Part shown: piece by piece, positions 44,170 to 55,827 of the stretch
Layout: every line of letters begins with the position of its first letter
Numbering within the stretch: position 1 is the stretch's first letter
The notes under the pieces: generated by a model
What the model was told of the DNA's origin: nothing
What the model saw: the letters and a program-made list of their open reading frames with translations, nothing else
Databases searched by the model: none
Position numbers and translations under genes: made by a program
Assembly: GCA_034522695.1 (NCBI GenBank)
Contig: JAXHLB010000038.1
Span: 104,382-168,381 of the forward strand
Reading direction: 5' to 3'
From: Ignavibacteriaceae bacterium
GTDB taxonomy: Bacteria; Bacteroidota; Ignavibacteria; Ignavibacteriales; Ignavibacteriaceae
Length of the DNA: 64,000 bases

Positions 44170-45960
44170 ATGAGTAACGAAGTAAACAAAATTATTTACT
44201 CGCCAATGTGTAGTACACCCTTAAAGGTGTGCTACACTTTATTTATTTTCGCACATCAAAAAAAGACAGATTAAATGATGTAACGAAACCAAACAAAATT
44301 ATTTTCTATGGTTGGGGTAAGTAAATTCTACAAAAACAAACCAATTCTCAAAGATATTTATCTGTCATATTTCTACGGAGCTAAAATTGGTGTAATCGGA
44401 TTAAACGGTCTCCGGCAAGTCATCACTCTAAAAATTTTTAGGCGTTGATAAAAACGTAATGAGGAAACTGTGTCATTTCTTCCGGTTTACAATCGGCTAT
44501 CTTGAACAGGAACCACAGCTTGATGATTCAAAAACAGTAGCGAGAAATTGTTCAGGAAGGTGTTCAATCCATTGTTGAGCATTCTAAAAGAGTTTGATGA
44601 AATAAATGCAAAATTCGCCGGGCCGATGGATGATGATGAAATGACAAAGCTTCTTGGAAAGACGGAGTAAGTTCAGAAAAATTGAAGCAATGGGCGGATG
44701 GATTTGGATGCGAGACTTGAAATGGCAATGGATGCTTTACGATGTCCTCCGCTCGGATACTTTCGTGTAAGGTTCTTTCCGGCGGAGAAGACGAAGAGTT
44801 GCACTGTGCAGACTGCTTCTTCAAAAGCCTAATATCCTTCTGCTTGACGAACCAACAAACCATCTTGATGCCGAGCAGTTGCCTGTTAGAACATCATTTA
44901 CAAAAGTATGAGAGGAACCGCATTATCGCAATCGATGTTACTGATGATGATTTTCCTTCGGATGCCGACCTCTTCGAAGCTTGATCGTGGTGAAGGAATT
45001 CCCGTGGAAAGGAGAATTATTCATCATGGTTGGAACAAAACAAGAGCGATTACGTGTTGAAGAAAAACGTGAAAGCGAAAGACAGAAAACATTACAGCGC
45101 GAACTAGTGGATAAGAATGACTCCAAAAGCCCGTAATGTCAAAATCAAAATCCAGAATCACTTCTTATGAAAGTCTTCAAAGAAGAAAAAGAAAGTCAGA
45201 AAGAGCTTGAGCTATACATTCCTGTTGCAGAACGACTTGGAGACATTGTTAATGCAAACTGAAAATCTTAGCAAAGCATACGGTGACAATATTTTGATTG
45301 ATGGTTTAACATTTTCAATTCCTACCGGGCGCTGTTGTTGGAATTATCGGAGCTAACGGTGCGGTAAAACAACTTTGTTCAAGAATGATAACCGGTCGGA
45401 AAAACCTGATTCCGGAAATTTAAAAGTCGGCTCCACTGTCAAATGTTCTTATGTTGATGGATCAAGATGCACTAAATCCAAAAAAAGTATCTGGCACTAA
45501 TCTTCCGGAGGCGAAGACACAATCGTGCGGGGCAGCAGACAGGTCAATTCACGTGCATATGTTGCACAGTTTAATTTTTCCGGCGCAGATCAACAGAAAA
45601 AGTTAACTTGCTTTCCGGTGGAGAAAGAAACCGTGTCCATCTTGCAATGATGTTGAAGCAGGGCGCTAACGTCTTGCTGCTCAATAAACCGACAAATGAT
45701 CTTGATGTAAATACATTACGTGCACTTGAAGAAGGAATTGAAAAATTTGCCGGATGTGTTCTTGTATTTAGTCACGACAGGTGGTTTTTGGATAAAATCA
45801 GCAACTCACATTTTAGCTTTTGAAGGAGATAGTAAAGTAATCTGGTTTGATGGCAATTATACAGAGTATGAAGAAAAGCGTAAAGAACAATTGGGCGTCT
45901 GGAGCGATCAGGCCGCATAGAATCACGTACAGGCATTTAACGCAAAATTTACACAGTTAA
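44170..45960 (+). pseudogene. ettA: ABC-F translational throttle ATPase (EttA-like), shattered into short frames
   Basis: Fragments are collinear with EttA: [141 protein letters not shown] and [22 protein letters not shown]. No open stretch exceeds about 80 codons. Confidence 0.8.
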
Positions 45961-46025
45961 TCAGAGTTTCATTATCCTCTAAAAAATATCAATATTTCAC
46001 AAAACAAAAGGTTCGAATAAACACT

Positions 46026-46655
46026 ATGAAAAAATTATTATCATTTATTTTTGTATTAACAGTTCTCATCGCCTGCTCAAAAATCTGAAGAAAAAAAGTT
46101 GAGATCAATCAGGAAACCGTCAACACTTCATGAACCTCAGCAACCGGTTGTTAGCCGTAGGTATGAAATAAAATCTGGCGTAGTATTTTATTGATGCACG
46201 GCAATAGGTACAAAACAAAGATTTATATTTTGATGATTACGGTGCTAAAGAATTATTTATAACTTCAGTGAGATCTTGGTATTTCCGAATCGAAATCTAT
46301 AGAAATCAAAAAAAGATGGTTTTAGTTACTCTTATGAAGAAGGGAAAACTTGAAGGAACTAAAAAGCATGGTATGCTTCAGCCAGTTACAACTATTCAAA
46401 AGCCGATCCTAAACACTTGAGCGTATAAAGTGAAGGATCTTCAGGACAAAGCTAATTGGTGGTAAGATGTAAAGAGTCAGCGCTGAGTTTGGCATTTCAC
46501 GAATTCTAACCTGGTCCTGGAATAATATTATGGATAAAATCAATTACTAAAATGGGGGGAAATGATTTTATAATCGAAGCGACAAAAATTCAGGATACTT
46601 CTGTGGATCCTAAAATGTTTGAACTTGCCCAATGGTATAACTTTTAAAGGAATGT
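46026..46655 (+). pseudogene. Lipoprotein remnant of unknown function
   Basis: MKKLLSFIFVLTVLIACSK (lipobox) followed by many stops and frame changes. Confidence 0.35.
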
Positions 46656-46915
46656 AATTTTATAAAACTTCTTGCATCTTAGGCATCCCTGCCTTTGGCC
46701 GGCAGGGACGCTAAGTCACTAGATTAGGAATTCCTCAAACTTACTTCCCAGTTCATTCTATACTTAATTTATAGAATCAATGCTGATTTTGGTGATTAGG
46801 GGTTGTAAATTTAGGTTTTAAAAGACACATTTAATACTATACCTTGTTGGGGAAATAAAAGAGAATTGAACTAAATTCACAGTGATGCAAAATTTGATTA
46901 TAAGGAGAAACATAT

Positions 46916-47325
46916 ATGCTCAAAAGCAATTCATATGACGGAAGAAGAACAGAGGAGGCTACTGTAATCAGCAGAGGCGTTAAGATTGAAGGAAAGCTTA
47001 GTTGCAGCGGGAAGTATCAGATTAGACGGTGAGGTACAGGACGTCATTTCAGCAAAGCACGGTAATTGTTGGAGAAAATGGAAAAGTGAACGGACAAATT
47101 AATGCAGAGAGCATTACTACTGGCGGGAAGGGTTACCGGAACAGTAAAAGCAAAAGAAAAGGTTATGCTGGAGTCAAAGGGAAATCTAAAAGGACATATT
47201 ATCACAAAAATACTAGCGGTTGAATGCCGGAGCTGTTTTTAACGGTAATATGAAATGGGAGACTCAGGAAATCTCGGAGCGCCTACGGAGACCTCCAAAC
47301 CAGCGGACACTTCAGCGAAATAGTC
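46916..47325 (+). pseudogene. Bactofilin-family cytoskeletal protein, frameshifted
   Basis: TVISRGVKIEGKLSCSG... / STVIVGENGKVNGQINAESITTGGK / VKAKEKVMLESKGNLKGHIITK... The repetitive beta-helix pattern is typical of bactofilins. Confidence 0.6.
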
Positions 47326-47382
47326 CATACAGAACTGTTTTGCTTAAAGAATTTTGTTAAGCCAGGACCAAAACAATTAAAA

Positions 47383-47404
47383 GGCGAGCCCACAGCTCGC
47401 CTTT
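47383..47404 (+). terminator. Hairpin terminator candidate
   Basis: GGCGAGC-ccaca-GCTCGCC followed by TTT. Confidence 0.4.
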
Positions 47405-47863
47405 ACTACAGACTCAAAATTTTTTTCCCACAGTGAAATTAATTTAGTACCTTACAACATCATCTTACCCGTAATCGCCCTTTTCGGTTTGTAAACAAGC
47501 AAAAAAAAAATATTTTGATTAATCATCAGCAACAATCCCTAATCAACAAGAATAGTTGCTTATATCAATTAAACCTATAACTTTGCTAATGAAATTATGC
47601 TTTACTCCGAGAGGGCACGAGTACAGGCACTAGTAACTTACCTAAGATTGTACACGTGATTCTCTCCCGAAGTAAAATTTCCAGAAACTAATACCTTTTC
47701 GAATAGGGGCTATTGTGCAAGTTTTAGTAAAGTTTTTACTTCCCAGAGATTTACTTTTCAGAATTTCAGTTTATTCAGAGAACGAAGCCGGTTCAACGTT
47801 CAACAGAAATATTTTATCAAAATCTAATTAACTAATTATTCAACAATAAAAAGGTGGCTATTA

Positions 47864-49195
47864 TGCCAAACTATACTTCAAAGCAACCATAATATTATGC
47901 GTTGCATTTTTTTCTTTACTATTCATAGTAGGTTGCGAGGAAGACTCACCTAGTGAACCCAAAACGGTGACAAGCCAGATTGTTTCATTCACTGCGAATC
48001 CTTAACTGTCCTGGCAGAGCGTGTGATTCAGTGACTTTAAGCTGGGTGACCCAACCAACGATTAGCAGTATTGGGACGTCTCCAATAACAGTGATAAATA
48101 ATGGGGACAGTTACTGCCAGATGTAATGTTACTGCAGCAGATAGCATAACTGGATATGTAAAAGTATTGATGGTGATCTAACCAAAGCGATTTAAAGGAT
48201 AAAGCTCCCACAACTACAGGTGCTAGTGGTAACTTTAGTGTTTGAACGTAACAGTCAACAAAATTAGACTTATCATAGTGGTTTTCATATCTGCGGTATC
48301 TATCAAGGTTTAACGCGTTCAGATGCAACTTTATTTTATCTTGACCTCTTACTAACACCTGGTAAGTCAGCGACCATCAGTGGGATCGGTTCCACCTAGC
48401 AGCCGGGAAAACAGACCATGAGTTTTATTTGCTAGTGGTACTAATGGCTTGGTCGAGGTAGCAAATGCCGATCAAATGGAACATGGACTCCATTTTTTGA
48501 ACATTGATTGGAAAGGCTCAAGTGCAAGTTCTATACTCTGGTAATCTCCAGGTTCATTCGCTGGACACCTAAATCCAAGTGGGTTGCCCAACCAATATGA
48601 TGCCTATGGTTTAGAGAACAATCTTACAGTGAGTAATGGTGGAGCATTTACTAACAACAATTTGTGCAGCAGGTGATCTTCTAGATCCTGCTGAACAAAA
48701 TATCACTGGATTGAATCTGTTACGCCCTTCATCAGCTATCCAATAGTAAAGTAAAAACCTCTATCTGAATTTTGGGAATGCATATATATCTCTTTGGTGA
48801 AGCGTGGAGCGGGTGCTTATCAGAATAGTTTTAGTTAGTGTTGTCCATCTGATAAGCTGGCGCCACATTTACAGATCAATGTCAGTGAAGTAGTTATACG
48901 GCCATACCGAACTGACGTATAACTCTTTATGCTAAAAGAGGAAATTACGGGTGGATCGAGTAGGATTTTCAATAGACCTTGCGAGTGACACCTCAGCTCA
49001 ATCTCCTGCGAACAATGGAGTAAGGCATAAGATACAACAAGTCACGTTCCTACTGGACGAAAGGAAGCAGGAGCAGGTATATGATTACTTTCATTATCGT
49101 CAGATGTCGGGAACCAGGGACCAACGCAATACTACATCTACACAATGGAACAGCACTAGGACTTCAAATACCAAATCTAACTCCTTCAAGGAGTA
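47864..49195 (+). pseudogene. Lipoprotein / Ig-like repeat protein remnant, unassigned
   Basis: A lipobox fragment LLFIVGCEEDSPSEP near the start. Scattered fragments include VTLSWVTQ..TISSIG, MSFI.ASGTNGLVEVANADQMEHGLHFLNIDW and GLENNLTVSNGGAFTNNN. Boundaries are approximate. Confidence 0.25.
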
Positions 49196-49604
49196 GGGTT
49201 TACCTTCAAATGTATCTTATACAGTGGTAGCACGCTAGAAAGTCTCCCCATATCGTCGATAGATGCATGCGTGCAAGCTCTATTTTTTATTTCAGCTGGA
49301 TTAATGGTTATTGGCGGTGAGATAGAAGAGGATATTCTGAAACTTTAATTTTACATCAAATACTCCTCCGCGTAGTTCGATGTTGACGAACTGGATTTGA
49401 TTCTATAGAATAAATTTACAAAGGGGGATCGTACCGCCTCTTGCTGCCACTGCTTGATCCTAGATTTTTGATTTTCTTCTACGCTTCTAGGAAAATGGTT
49501 TCTAGAAAAATGGCAACAGAACATCCGTTTTTGTTTGCTAATTGTTAATTGACATTGGCAATTGGAATTTTTCAAGTTTATCCTAAACAAAAAAAGGAGG
49601 AGTC

Positions 49605-50797
49605 ATGAAACACTTACTAACAATCGTATGTGTTCTTATCTATTCGATTGATTCACACGCACAGCAATTACCAAATCTACCAATACCTATTGGCGCAGGA
49701 AATGCTGAAGTTTGGAATGACGCAATTATCTTTTAGGAGGCTCTGATGACTGGTCAGGTCCAACAATTTATCAGCGTGTTTATAAGTTCGACGGTCACTA
49801 GCTGGACTTACCACGATACTATCCCGGATGATATGGTATGGGATGTTGAAACTGTACTCGCCGGTGATTTACGTTTATTTATTAGGAGGATGGTATGGAG
49901 GGGAATACTTAAACAGAAGGTATAATTTAAAATACACGGCGAATGGGCTTACCTTCAAATAGTCCAAAACACCTATCAGGATTGGGGTCTTACTTCAGAA
50001 TTACTGAGCGGAATTATTTATTTGTTCAATGCTTACGGGGAAGTATTTGCTTACAACATTGCTACAATACCTGGGGCAGCAAAGTACCTCCGGTACAGCT
50101 TCAGGAACCTGGGATATGAGTTCAATCTTATACCAAAATGCAGTGTACATTATCGGATGGGACAACTGTTAGTTCTATAAAATATTCTCCCGCCACCGAC
50201 CAGTGGAGCCAGCTTGCAAGTTCACCTTATCAGGTTGGTGCTTGTGCCTTCGGAATTATAAATAATCTGATCTATTGCATTGGAGGAAATATTGCTGGAA
50301 AATACAGAAACCGATTATAAAAGCATTATCTGTTTATGATATCACGAACCGATTCCTGGGCACTCGATACTTTGGAGATAAGTTTCTGAGCGGCACTGGA
50401 TGGCAACTGCTCGAGTACAGAGGAGGTTTATATGTGGTTGGTGGTATGAGATGAATTTGCAAATGCTGTTAATATCGTTGAACAAATTGTTCCTCAAGGT
50501 ACAGCCGAAGTTAATCCAGAAATTGAAATGCCGGAGGGATATCTCTTTATCAAAATTATCCCAACCCATTTAATCCAATTACAAAATCAAGTTATTCAAT
50601 TCCAGGAAATATCTTTCGTAACATTGAAAGTGTATGATGTTCTTGGAAATGAAATAGCAGTTTTAGTGGAGGAAGAAAAACCTGCGGGCAATTACTCAAC
50701 CAATTTTAATGGCGGAGGCATTACCAAGCGGAACTTATTTCTATAAACTAACAGCAGGTAATTTTTCTGAGACAAAGAAGATGATACTCCTGCGTTA
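49605..50797 (+). pseudogene. Kelch-repeat protein with T9SS C-terminal domain, heavily frameshifted
   Basis: Signal peptide MKHLLTIVCVLIYSIDSHAQ. Kelch-like fragments (IYKFDG..W, LIYCIGGN, LYVVGG). CTD fragments (YPNPFNPITK, VTLKVYDVLGNEIAVLVEEEKPAGNYS, GTYFYKLTAGNFSETKKMILLR). Confidence 0.6.
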
Positions 50798-50879
50798 ACA
50801 AAACAGCGGATAGGTTTTTTTGAAGTGATTTTTCGTGTAACCTTTCTCGACAAGTCAAGACGGAATTACAGATTCAAAA

Positions 50880-50910
50880 GGGCGAGTCATGAACTCGCCC
50901 TTAATTTTTT
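50880..50910 (+). terminator. Rho-independent terminator
   Basis: GGGCGAGT-catga-ACTCGCCC followed by TTAATTTTTT. Confidence 0.65.
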
Positions 50911-51104
50911 AGCTATAAATATTTAATATTTCCCTGATTATTAGAGTTTCTGATCAAAACTAAAGATTAGTTTGGCAATTGGCAAATGGACACCGGTGCA
51001 TTTTTAATTCTTTAGGATTCGGAAATAAGAAATGTAAAAAAGAAAAATGGTTGCTAATATTTTTGACCCCTTTTATTGCTGCGTCTATACGGGTATGAAT
51101 TTAT

Positions 51105-51185
51105 GTTCTATTTCGTCCCGATGGGACTTTGATTTATGTCGGTGTATTTTTTACTATAAAGATTTAGTCCCTAACGGGACTTGGC
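51105..51185. repeat. GTCCC-N-GGGAC hairpin pair, set C
   Basis: cGTCCCgatGGGACt and aGTCCCtaacGGGACt. The lead-in (TTCTATTTCGTCCC) is the same as in sets A and B. Confidence 0.7.
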
Positions 51186-51416
51186 TTTGTTAATCCGGTA
51201 TGAACTAAATATTTAATAGAGCCTTTTATATTTAACGAATAAAAATTTTGCCGGCTAAAAAGGCAGTCGGGTAAAAAGTTATTTTTCAAAATACTTTACT
51301 TATCTGCAAATAAAAAAGCAACTTGCTTTCGTTTCATTCCTGTTGGAAGATTTAGAAAATGACGTGCAGGTTGACAATTGGCAGGAAATACAGAGCGCAG
51401 ATTTAATTAACAGGGG

Positions 51417-51878
51417 TTATACTTTATTTACCGGAGGACCCTCGAGGTGAATCTTCAGGTTGTTTAGTGTCTTCTCAAGCTTTCGCTGCCAACTTGGTTT
51501 CAGTATAAAAAAATCCAGCAAAGGCCCGATTAAAAAAAGGGGAGGACTGAATTCAATGGTATAAGTAACTTTTGTTTTACTCACTTTATTTTCAAATACC
51601 CACTGCATCTTGTGTGGAAATCCTTTGTTTACTATCCCCTGCCACCCTACATTTTCTTTGAAATAATGAATCTCTGTCTCAAGATTAAATTTCATACCTG
51701 CAACTAATACTTTATACGCATATCGTGCGTTGTTGCCCCTTTCGATCTTTGTGGTTGGCTTAAGGTCGGATACACCTTCCCGCCATTCTTCCCAATGCCG
51801 CCAATCGGATGCGTATGCAAATACATCTCTAACCGGCTTATTGATTTCTACACTTGCTTCGACCTTAGTCATTTTCAT
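51417..51878 (-). CDS. SRPBCC-family (polyketide cyclase/dehydrase-like) protein
   Basis: 153 aa beginning MKMTKVEASVEINKPVRDVFAYASDWRHWEEW, typical of this fold. Confidence 0.6.
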   Translation of the reverse strand: MKMTKVEASVEINKPVRDVFAYASDWRHWEEWREGVSDLKPTTKIERGNNARYAYKVLVAGMKFNLETEIHYFKENVGWQGIVNKGFPHKMQWVFENKVSKTKVTYTIEFSPPLFLIGPLLDFFILKPSWQRKLEKTLNNLKIHLEGPPVNKV

Positions 51879-51985
51879 AACAACTCATTGTTCATTTTTT
51901 TCTTTTAGATGAATACCTATTAATGTTGTCTTCTTTGTAAGAAGCAGCAATAATTTATAGAGCAAAAAGAATGTGCAAAATTTTT

Positions 51986-52232
51986 CTACTTTTTCTTGAA
52001 CATTCTGTAGACTGCCAGAAGAATGATGGCGCCAATTACTGCACCAATAAAACCGGCAGCTCCGCCTTCCTGATATATTCCCAGAAATTTTCCTAAGTAC
52101 AGTAAAAATGAAAGAGCCTGCAATACCAATAAGTATTGTTATTATAATTCCTCCCGGATCTTTGCCGGGCATAATAAATTTTGCCACAGCACCAGCAACC
52201 AAACCGATGAGAATTGTCCAAACTATATTCAT
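51986..52232 (-). pseudogene. GlsB/YeaQ/YmgE-family small membrane stress protein, one frameshift
   Basis: MNIVWTILIGLVAGAVAKFIMPGKDPGGIIITILIGIAGSFIF, then a shifted frame reads ...GGAAGFIGAVIGAIILLAVYRMFKKK* with the stop at 51986-51988. Confidence 0.7.
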
Positions 52233-52357
52233 TTTACCCTCCGTGTGTGATGAATTATGAATAAAGAAATTTATGGCGAAAAAATCTAAAACAACTTAGT
52301 TCATATTTTTTCAAGAATCAACTGCCTGTGCTAAGTAAAAATTTATTTTTTCTGAGT

Positions 52358-52935
52358 TCATCCCTTAAATCTTTTTCGAGCGAGTGAATAAATTATGCTG
52401 TCAAGAAACTTCATTGTTGAATAAATAGTTCTCTCTGAAATAAGCTTCCTTTTTAAAGCCGATTTTCTCCAATACTCTTTTAGATTTTTCGTTATCGGGA
52501 TTTACGTTTGCTTCAACGCTGTGGAGATTCATTTCATCAAAACCGAATCTTACCATACGATTTATAGTCTCGGACATGTATCCTTTGCCCCAGTAATCGG
52601 GTTTAAGTGCATATCCCGATTTCAGGCTCTACAATGTTCGGGAAATGTATCTAATGAACCCAATGTAACCGATAAAACTATTCGACTGTTTTTCTATAAT
52701 TGCCCAATCTATTCCCGTTTCCTTTGTATAAGATTCTTCAATTACTTGAATCAGTTTTTCTGAGTCGCTGATAGAATGATGCCGGGGCACATCCATAAAT
52801 TTCATAACGTCATCATCAGATCTGATGAGAAGTAAATCCTTTTGCATCGCTCATAAAAATTTTACGGAACAGAAGTCTTTCGCTCTCAAATTCGGGGAAT
52901 GACTTAAAAAAACTTTTATTTATTTCTGTAATCAT
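52358..52935 (-). pseudogene. GNAT N-acetyltransferase (RimJ/RimL-like), several frameshifts
   Basis: MITEINKSFFKSFPEFESERLLFRKI / LLLIRSDDDVMKFMDV...IDWAIIEKQSNSFIGYIGF / GYALKPDYWGKGYMSETINRMVRFGFDEMNLHSVEANVNPDNEKSKRVLEKIGFKKE / FLDSIIYSL. Confidence 0.7.
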
Positions 52936-52998
52936 TTTGTATATAGTTCATTAATTCTGACGTTCTTTATCTAAATCGATTTCAAAAACAAAAAACCA

Positions 52999-53670
52999 TC
53001 AAACATCCTCAAACGAAGCGGCGATTACTTCGCACCCATCAGCTTCAAGGTAATAATCATTTAGGGGATGAATATTATAATCCGGATGGTTAGAGTTAAG
53101 GCTGTTAAACTCACTGCTAACACCAATAAAATAAACACCCGCAGCTTTTGCCATTTCGTAGTCGGCGGAAGAATCACCAATATAAATTGCTTCGCCTTGG
53201 TTGCTTGTCCAGGTTTCGCAAAGCTATTTCCAAACCTTCGGGTGAGGGTTTTGGTGTTTGAATATCATCACCCGTTACGATGGTTTTAAAAATGTATTAA
53301 TGCTGGTTGCCATCATATCTCTTTCAACCCTGGATTTTGAACCCGAAGTAACCAGACCGAGCGTAAAATGTTTTTCAAGTTTTAAAAGTCTTTCTTTAAC
53401 TCCGGGAAAAAGTCGGGCATTTATTTTCTCGGCTTCCTTTAGCCAGAAAGAGTCTGCTGCTTCCCAATCCTCTTTCTTAAGCCCAAACGCTTCGTAGGTT
53501 TCATACCAGTTTGGCGAGTAGGTTTTGAGAAATTCTTCTTCTGATAAATGAATACCAAACTTTGCGAAGGTCGTTTTAAATATTTCTAAGTGAACCGAGA
53601 AAGAATCAAGCAGAGTTCCATCGAGATCGAAGAGCAAAGTGTTTATGTTCTGAAAAGTTTTGTTATTCAT
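52999..53670 (-). pseudogene. HAD-superfamily phosphatase, frameshifted in its C-terminal third
   Basis: LLFDLDGTLLDS (motif I) and LGLVTSGS (motif II). Later frames read TGDDIQTPKPSPEGL and IYIGDSSADYEMAKAAGV. Confidence 0.7.
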
Positions 53671-53806
53671 AATATTTTTTATTCGAAATCCTCTTTCAAA
53701 AACTTCTGAACATCATTAAGAGAAAAAGTATTCTTTTCGAAGAGAATCATAGCTGCCAAGAGCTGAGATATCTCATCAACAATATCCGAAAACTTTTCGA
53801 GCCGTG

Positions 53807-54859
53807 TTAAACATCAGCAATACTCTTCAGTCCGAATATTTTTACTTTCTTTTCCTTCCCCTTCAACTGTAATTCACCAACAAACTCAGAGCGGAGATAT
53901 TCCGGCAGCTCAACATTTTGCAGCATATACTCGCTTATTAAAAACTTCTGATTATACTTGTTGCATTCTTCCTGTATCCTTGCTGCTGTGTTGAGTACGT
54001 CGCCATGATAAACTATTTCTTTTTTAATAGTTCCAATCCAGGTTACCGAAACTCTTCCGGCATGAAGAGCAGCTTTAAATTCCGGATGAACACCGTACTT
54101 TTTAAGATACTTTTCTTTATTCCATTCGATTGAAGTGAGGATATCAAAAAAACTATTAATGCAGCGGGCATCTTTAATCCCGCTCTTGAAATTCCAGGTT
54201 AGAATTATTTCGTCGCCGATGTATTGATAAATTTCAGCTTTTGACATGAGTATTGCGCCGGTCATATCGTGGAAGTAGTCAATCAGAAATGAGCTGTATT
54301 TTGTATTGCCAAGTTTTTCCGCTGTTGCCGTTGATGATTTCAAATCAATGAAAAGAAAAATTTTATTTACCTCCTCGGGAAGATGATACCTGCCGGTAAC
54401 ATATTTAATCAGGTCTCCCGGTCTGTGCAGCCTTCTTATTTGGAGGAATGCAATTGAAATCACAGAAACGATAGCAATGATGGTAAGGTCGCGAGGAAAA
54501 TTTTGTCTATAAACTGCAGCATAAATGGACTCACCGATTGATAAATCCTTTGTTAAAAAATTGCTTGCAGAATTAATTAGCAGTTCGTGAAAAGCAATGA
54601 CTGTAGAATAAACTATTGTTCTGAACAAAAGAAGAAAGAAATAAGATTTGCGTCTGAATCTCTCTAAAAACAAAAACTCTTCACAAAGTCCGATTGAAGT
54701 TCCAACAAGAAATCCGATAAAAAATCCTCTAAAGGTCGGTCCGGCAACATCAATCTTATCAATGTAATGGAGAAGGTAACCGATCACCGTGCCGGCGATG
54801 GTTCCCATAATAGTGTAAATTAAAACGTGTTGTAGTTTATAGTTTCTTGTTAAGAACAT
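53807..54859 (-). CDS. Membrane-anchored class III adenylate/guanylate cyclase
   Basis: N-terminal TM helices. Cyclase core reads IFLFIDLKSSTATAEKLG...YQYIGDEIILTW...GDVLNTAARIQE. Confidence 0.8.
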   Translation of the reverse strand: MFLTRNYKLQHVLIYTIMGTIAGTVIGYLLHYIDKIDVAGPTFRGFFIGFLVGTSIGLCEEFLFLERFRRKSYFFLLLFRTIVYSTVIAFHELLINSASNFLTKDLSIGESIYAAVYRQNFPRDLTIIAIVSVISIAFLQIRRLHRPGDLIKYVTGRYHLPEEVNKIFLFIDLKSSTATAEKLGNTKYSSFLIDYFHDMTGAILMSKAEIYQYIGDEIILTWNFKSGIKDARCINSFFDILTSIEWNKEKYLKKYGVHPEFKAALHAGRVSVTWIGTIKKEIVYHGDVLNTAARIQEECNKYNQKFLISEYMLQNVELPEYLRSEFVGELQLKGKEKKVKIFGLKSIADV

Positions 54860-54984
54860 TTATTAAAAGCAGATGGTTGATGACTATGCGTAATAAATAA
54901 ATTACAGTAAAAGTAAATTAACCAAAAATACAAAATAGTTGAATAGATTATTGATGAGTGGATAGAGACAATTAGGAATGGATA

Positions 54985-55377
54985 CTACTTTATTATTTTG
55001 CCATTGATAAGCGGTGCAGCAATGTTGTTGATTAAAACCAGTACCCACAACCTTCCATTTAACAAATTGTAATCAGCAAAAAGTTTCTGCCACGGGTGAC
55101 CCATCACATAATGCCCGAAAACAAACTCAAAAATTACGGTGATAACAATCCAGAAAAATCCAATTCCTAAAAGAGTCTTAACATCTTTTATTCTCATCTT
55201 CCGGATGAACAAATAGATGATGATGAATTGAACAATCAAATAAAGTATGGTTCCGAGTTGGTGTGCTGTCTGCTCACCGAATGGAGGAAGCAGAACACCA
55301 ACTCTGAAGGTTGCAACAACAATCGCACTAACTGCAAGGATAAACCAAATGCCTAATGCTTTAATATATATAATCAT
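54985..55377 (-). CDS. Small polytopic membrane protein, unknown function
   Basis: 130-aa ORF with four predicted TM segments. Confidence 0.45.
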   Translation of the reverse strand: MIIYIKALGIWFILAVSAIVVATFRVGVLLPPFGEQTAHQLGTILYLIVQFIIIYLFIRKMRIKDVKTLLGIGFFWIVITVIFEFVFGHYVMGHPWQKLFADYNLLNGRLWVLVLINNIAAPLINGKIIK

Positions 55378-55395
55378 GATTTCATGTATTACGGA

Positions 55396-55806
55396 TTAGG
55401 TTTCCTGAATATTTTTTGAAAACAGAATTATGATTATCAAATACGAGATTAGAATTCCAAGTATGCTAAACAGAACATCAAGATAATCAAATGTATAAAC
55501 CACATACGACAAAATACCGGGACGCGGCAGCAATTGAATCAGTTCAATTAAAACTGAGATAGCGATTGCAATAAATACACTTTGTACTACAGTCAGTTTT
55601 GAAAGCTTCCCTTTATTTGAAAGTAGGACGAGAAACAATCCGGCGGAACCTAAAAAACTCGGTAGATTGTCATTTAGTATTTCGAATATTCTCAAATCAA
55701 AATACCTGTTTAGTTTAATGGGAATTATTAATAACCATAATGTTAATCCGATATATTTGAAAAGCTTTTTTGCTCTCTGTGAACTTATAGTAAAATTTAA
55801 AATCAT
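55396..55806 (-). CDS. Small polytopic membrane protein (VanZ-like, tentative)
   Basis: 136 aa with four TM segments. The ELIQLL...DYLDVL pattern is reminiscent of the VanZ family. Confidence 0.35.
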   Translation of the reverse strand: MILNFTISSQRAKKLFKYIGLTLWLLIIPIKLNRYFDLRIFEILNDNLPSFLGSAGLFLVLLSNKGKLSKLTVVQSVFIAIAISVLIELIQLLPRPGILSYVVYTFDYLDVLFSILGILISYLIIIILFSKNIQET

Positions 55807-55827
55807 AACATAAGATTATTTATTAAC

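Noticed and set aside
50960-51395. TTGGCAATTGGCA / GACAATTGGCA motifs (also near 49545-49570) as sigma-54 -24/-12 promoters.
   Set aside because: The GG-N10-GC spacing of sigma-54 promoters is not met. The motifs are short, AT-biased partial palindromes around CAATTG, and there is no consistent downstream gene.
53681-53806. Possible small ORF (…RLEKFSDIVDEISQLLAAMILFEKNTFSLNDVQKFLKEDFE*) between the HAD and cyclase genes.
   Set aside because: There is no convincing start codon or RBS, and the only ATG would give about 23 aa. No family was recognised. It may be the displaced C-terminus of a neighbouring gene, so it is left unannotated.
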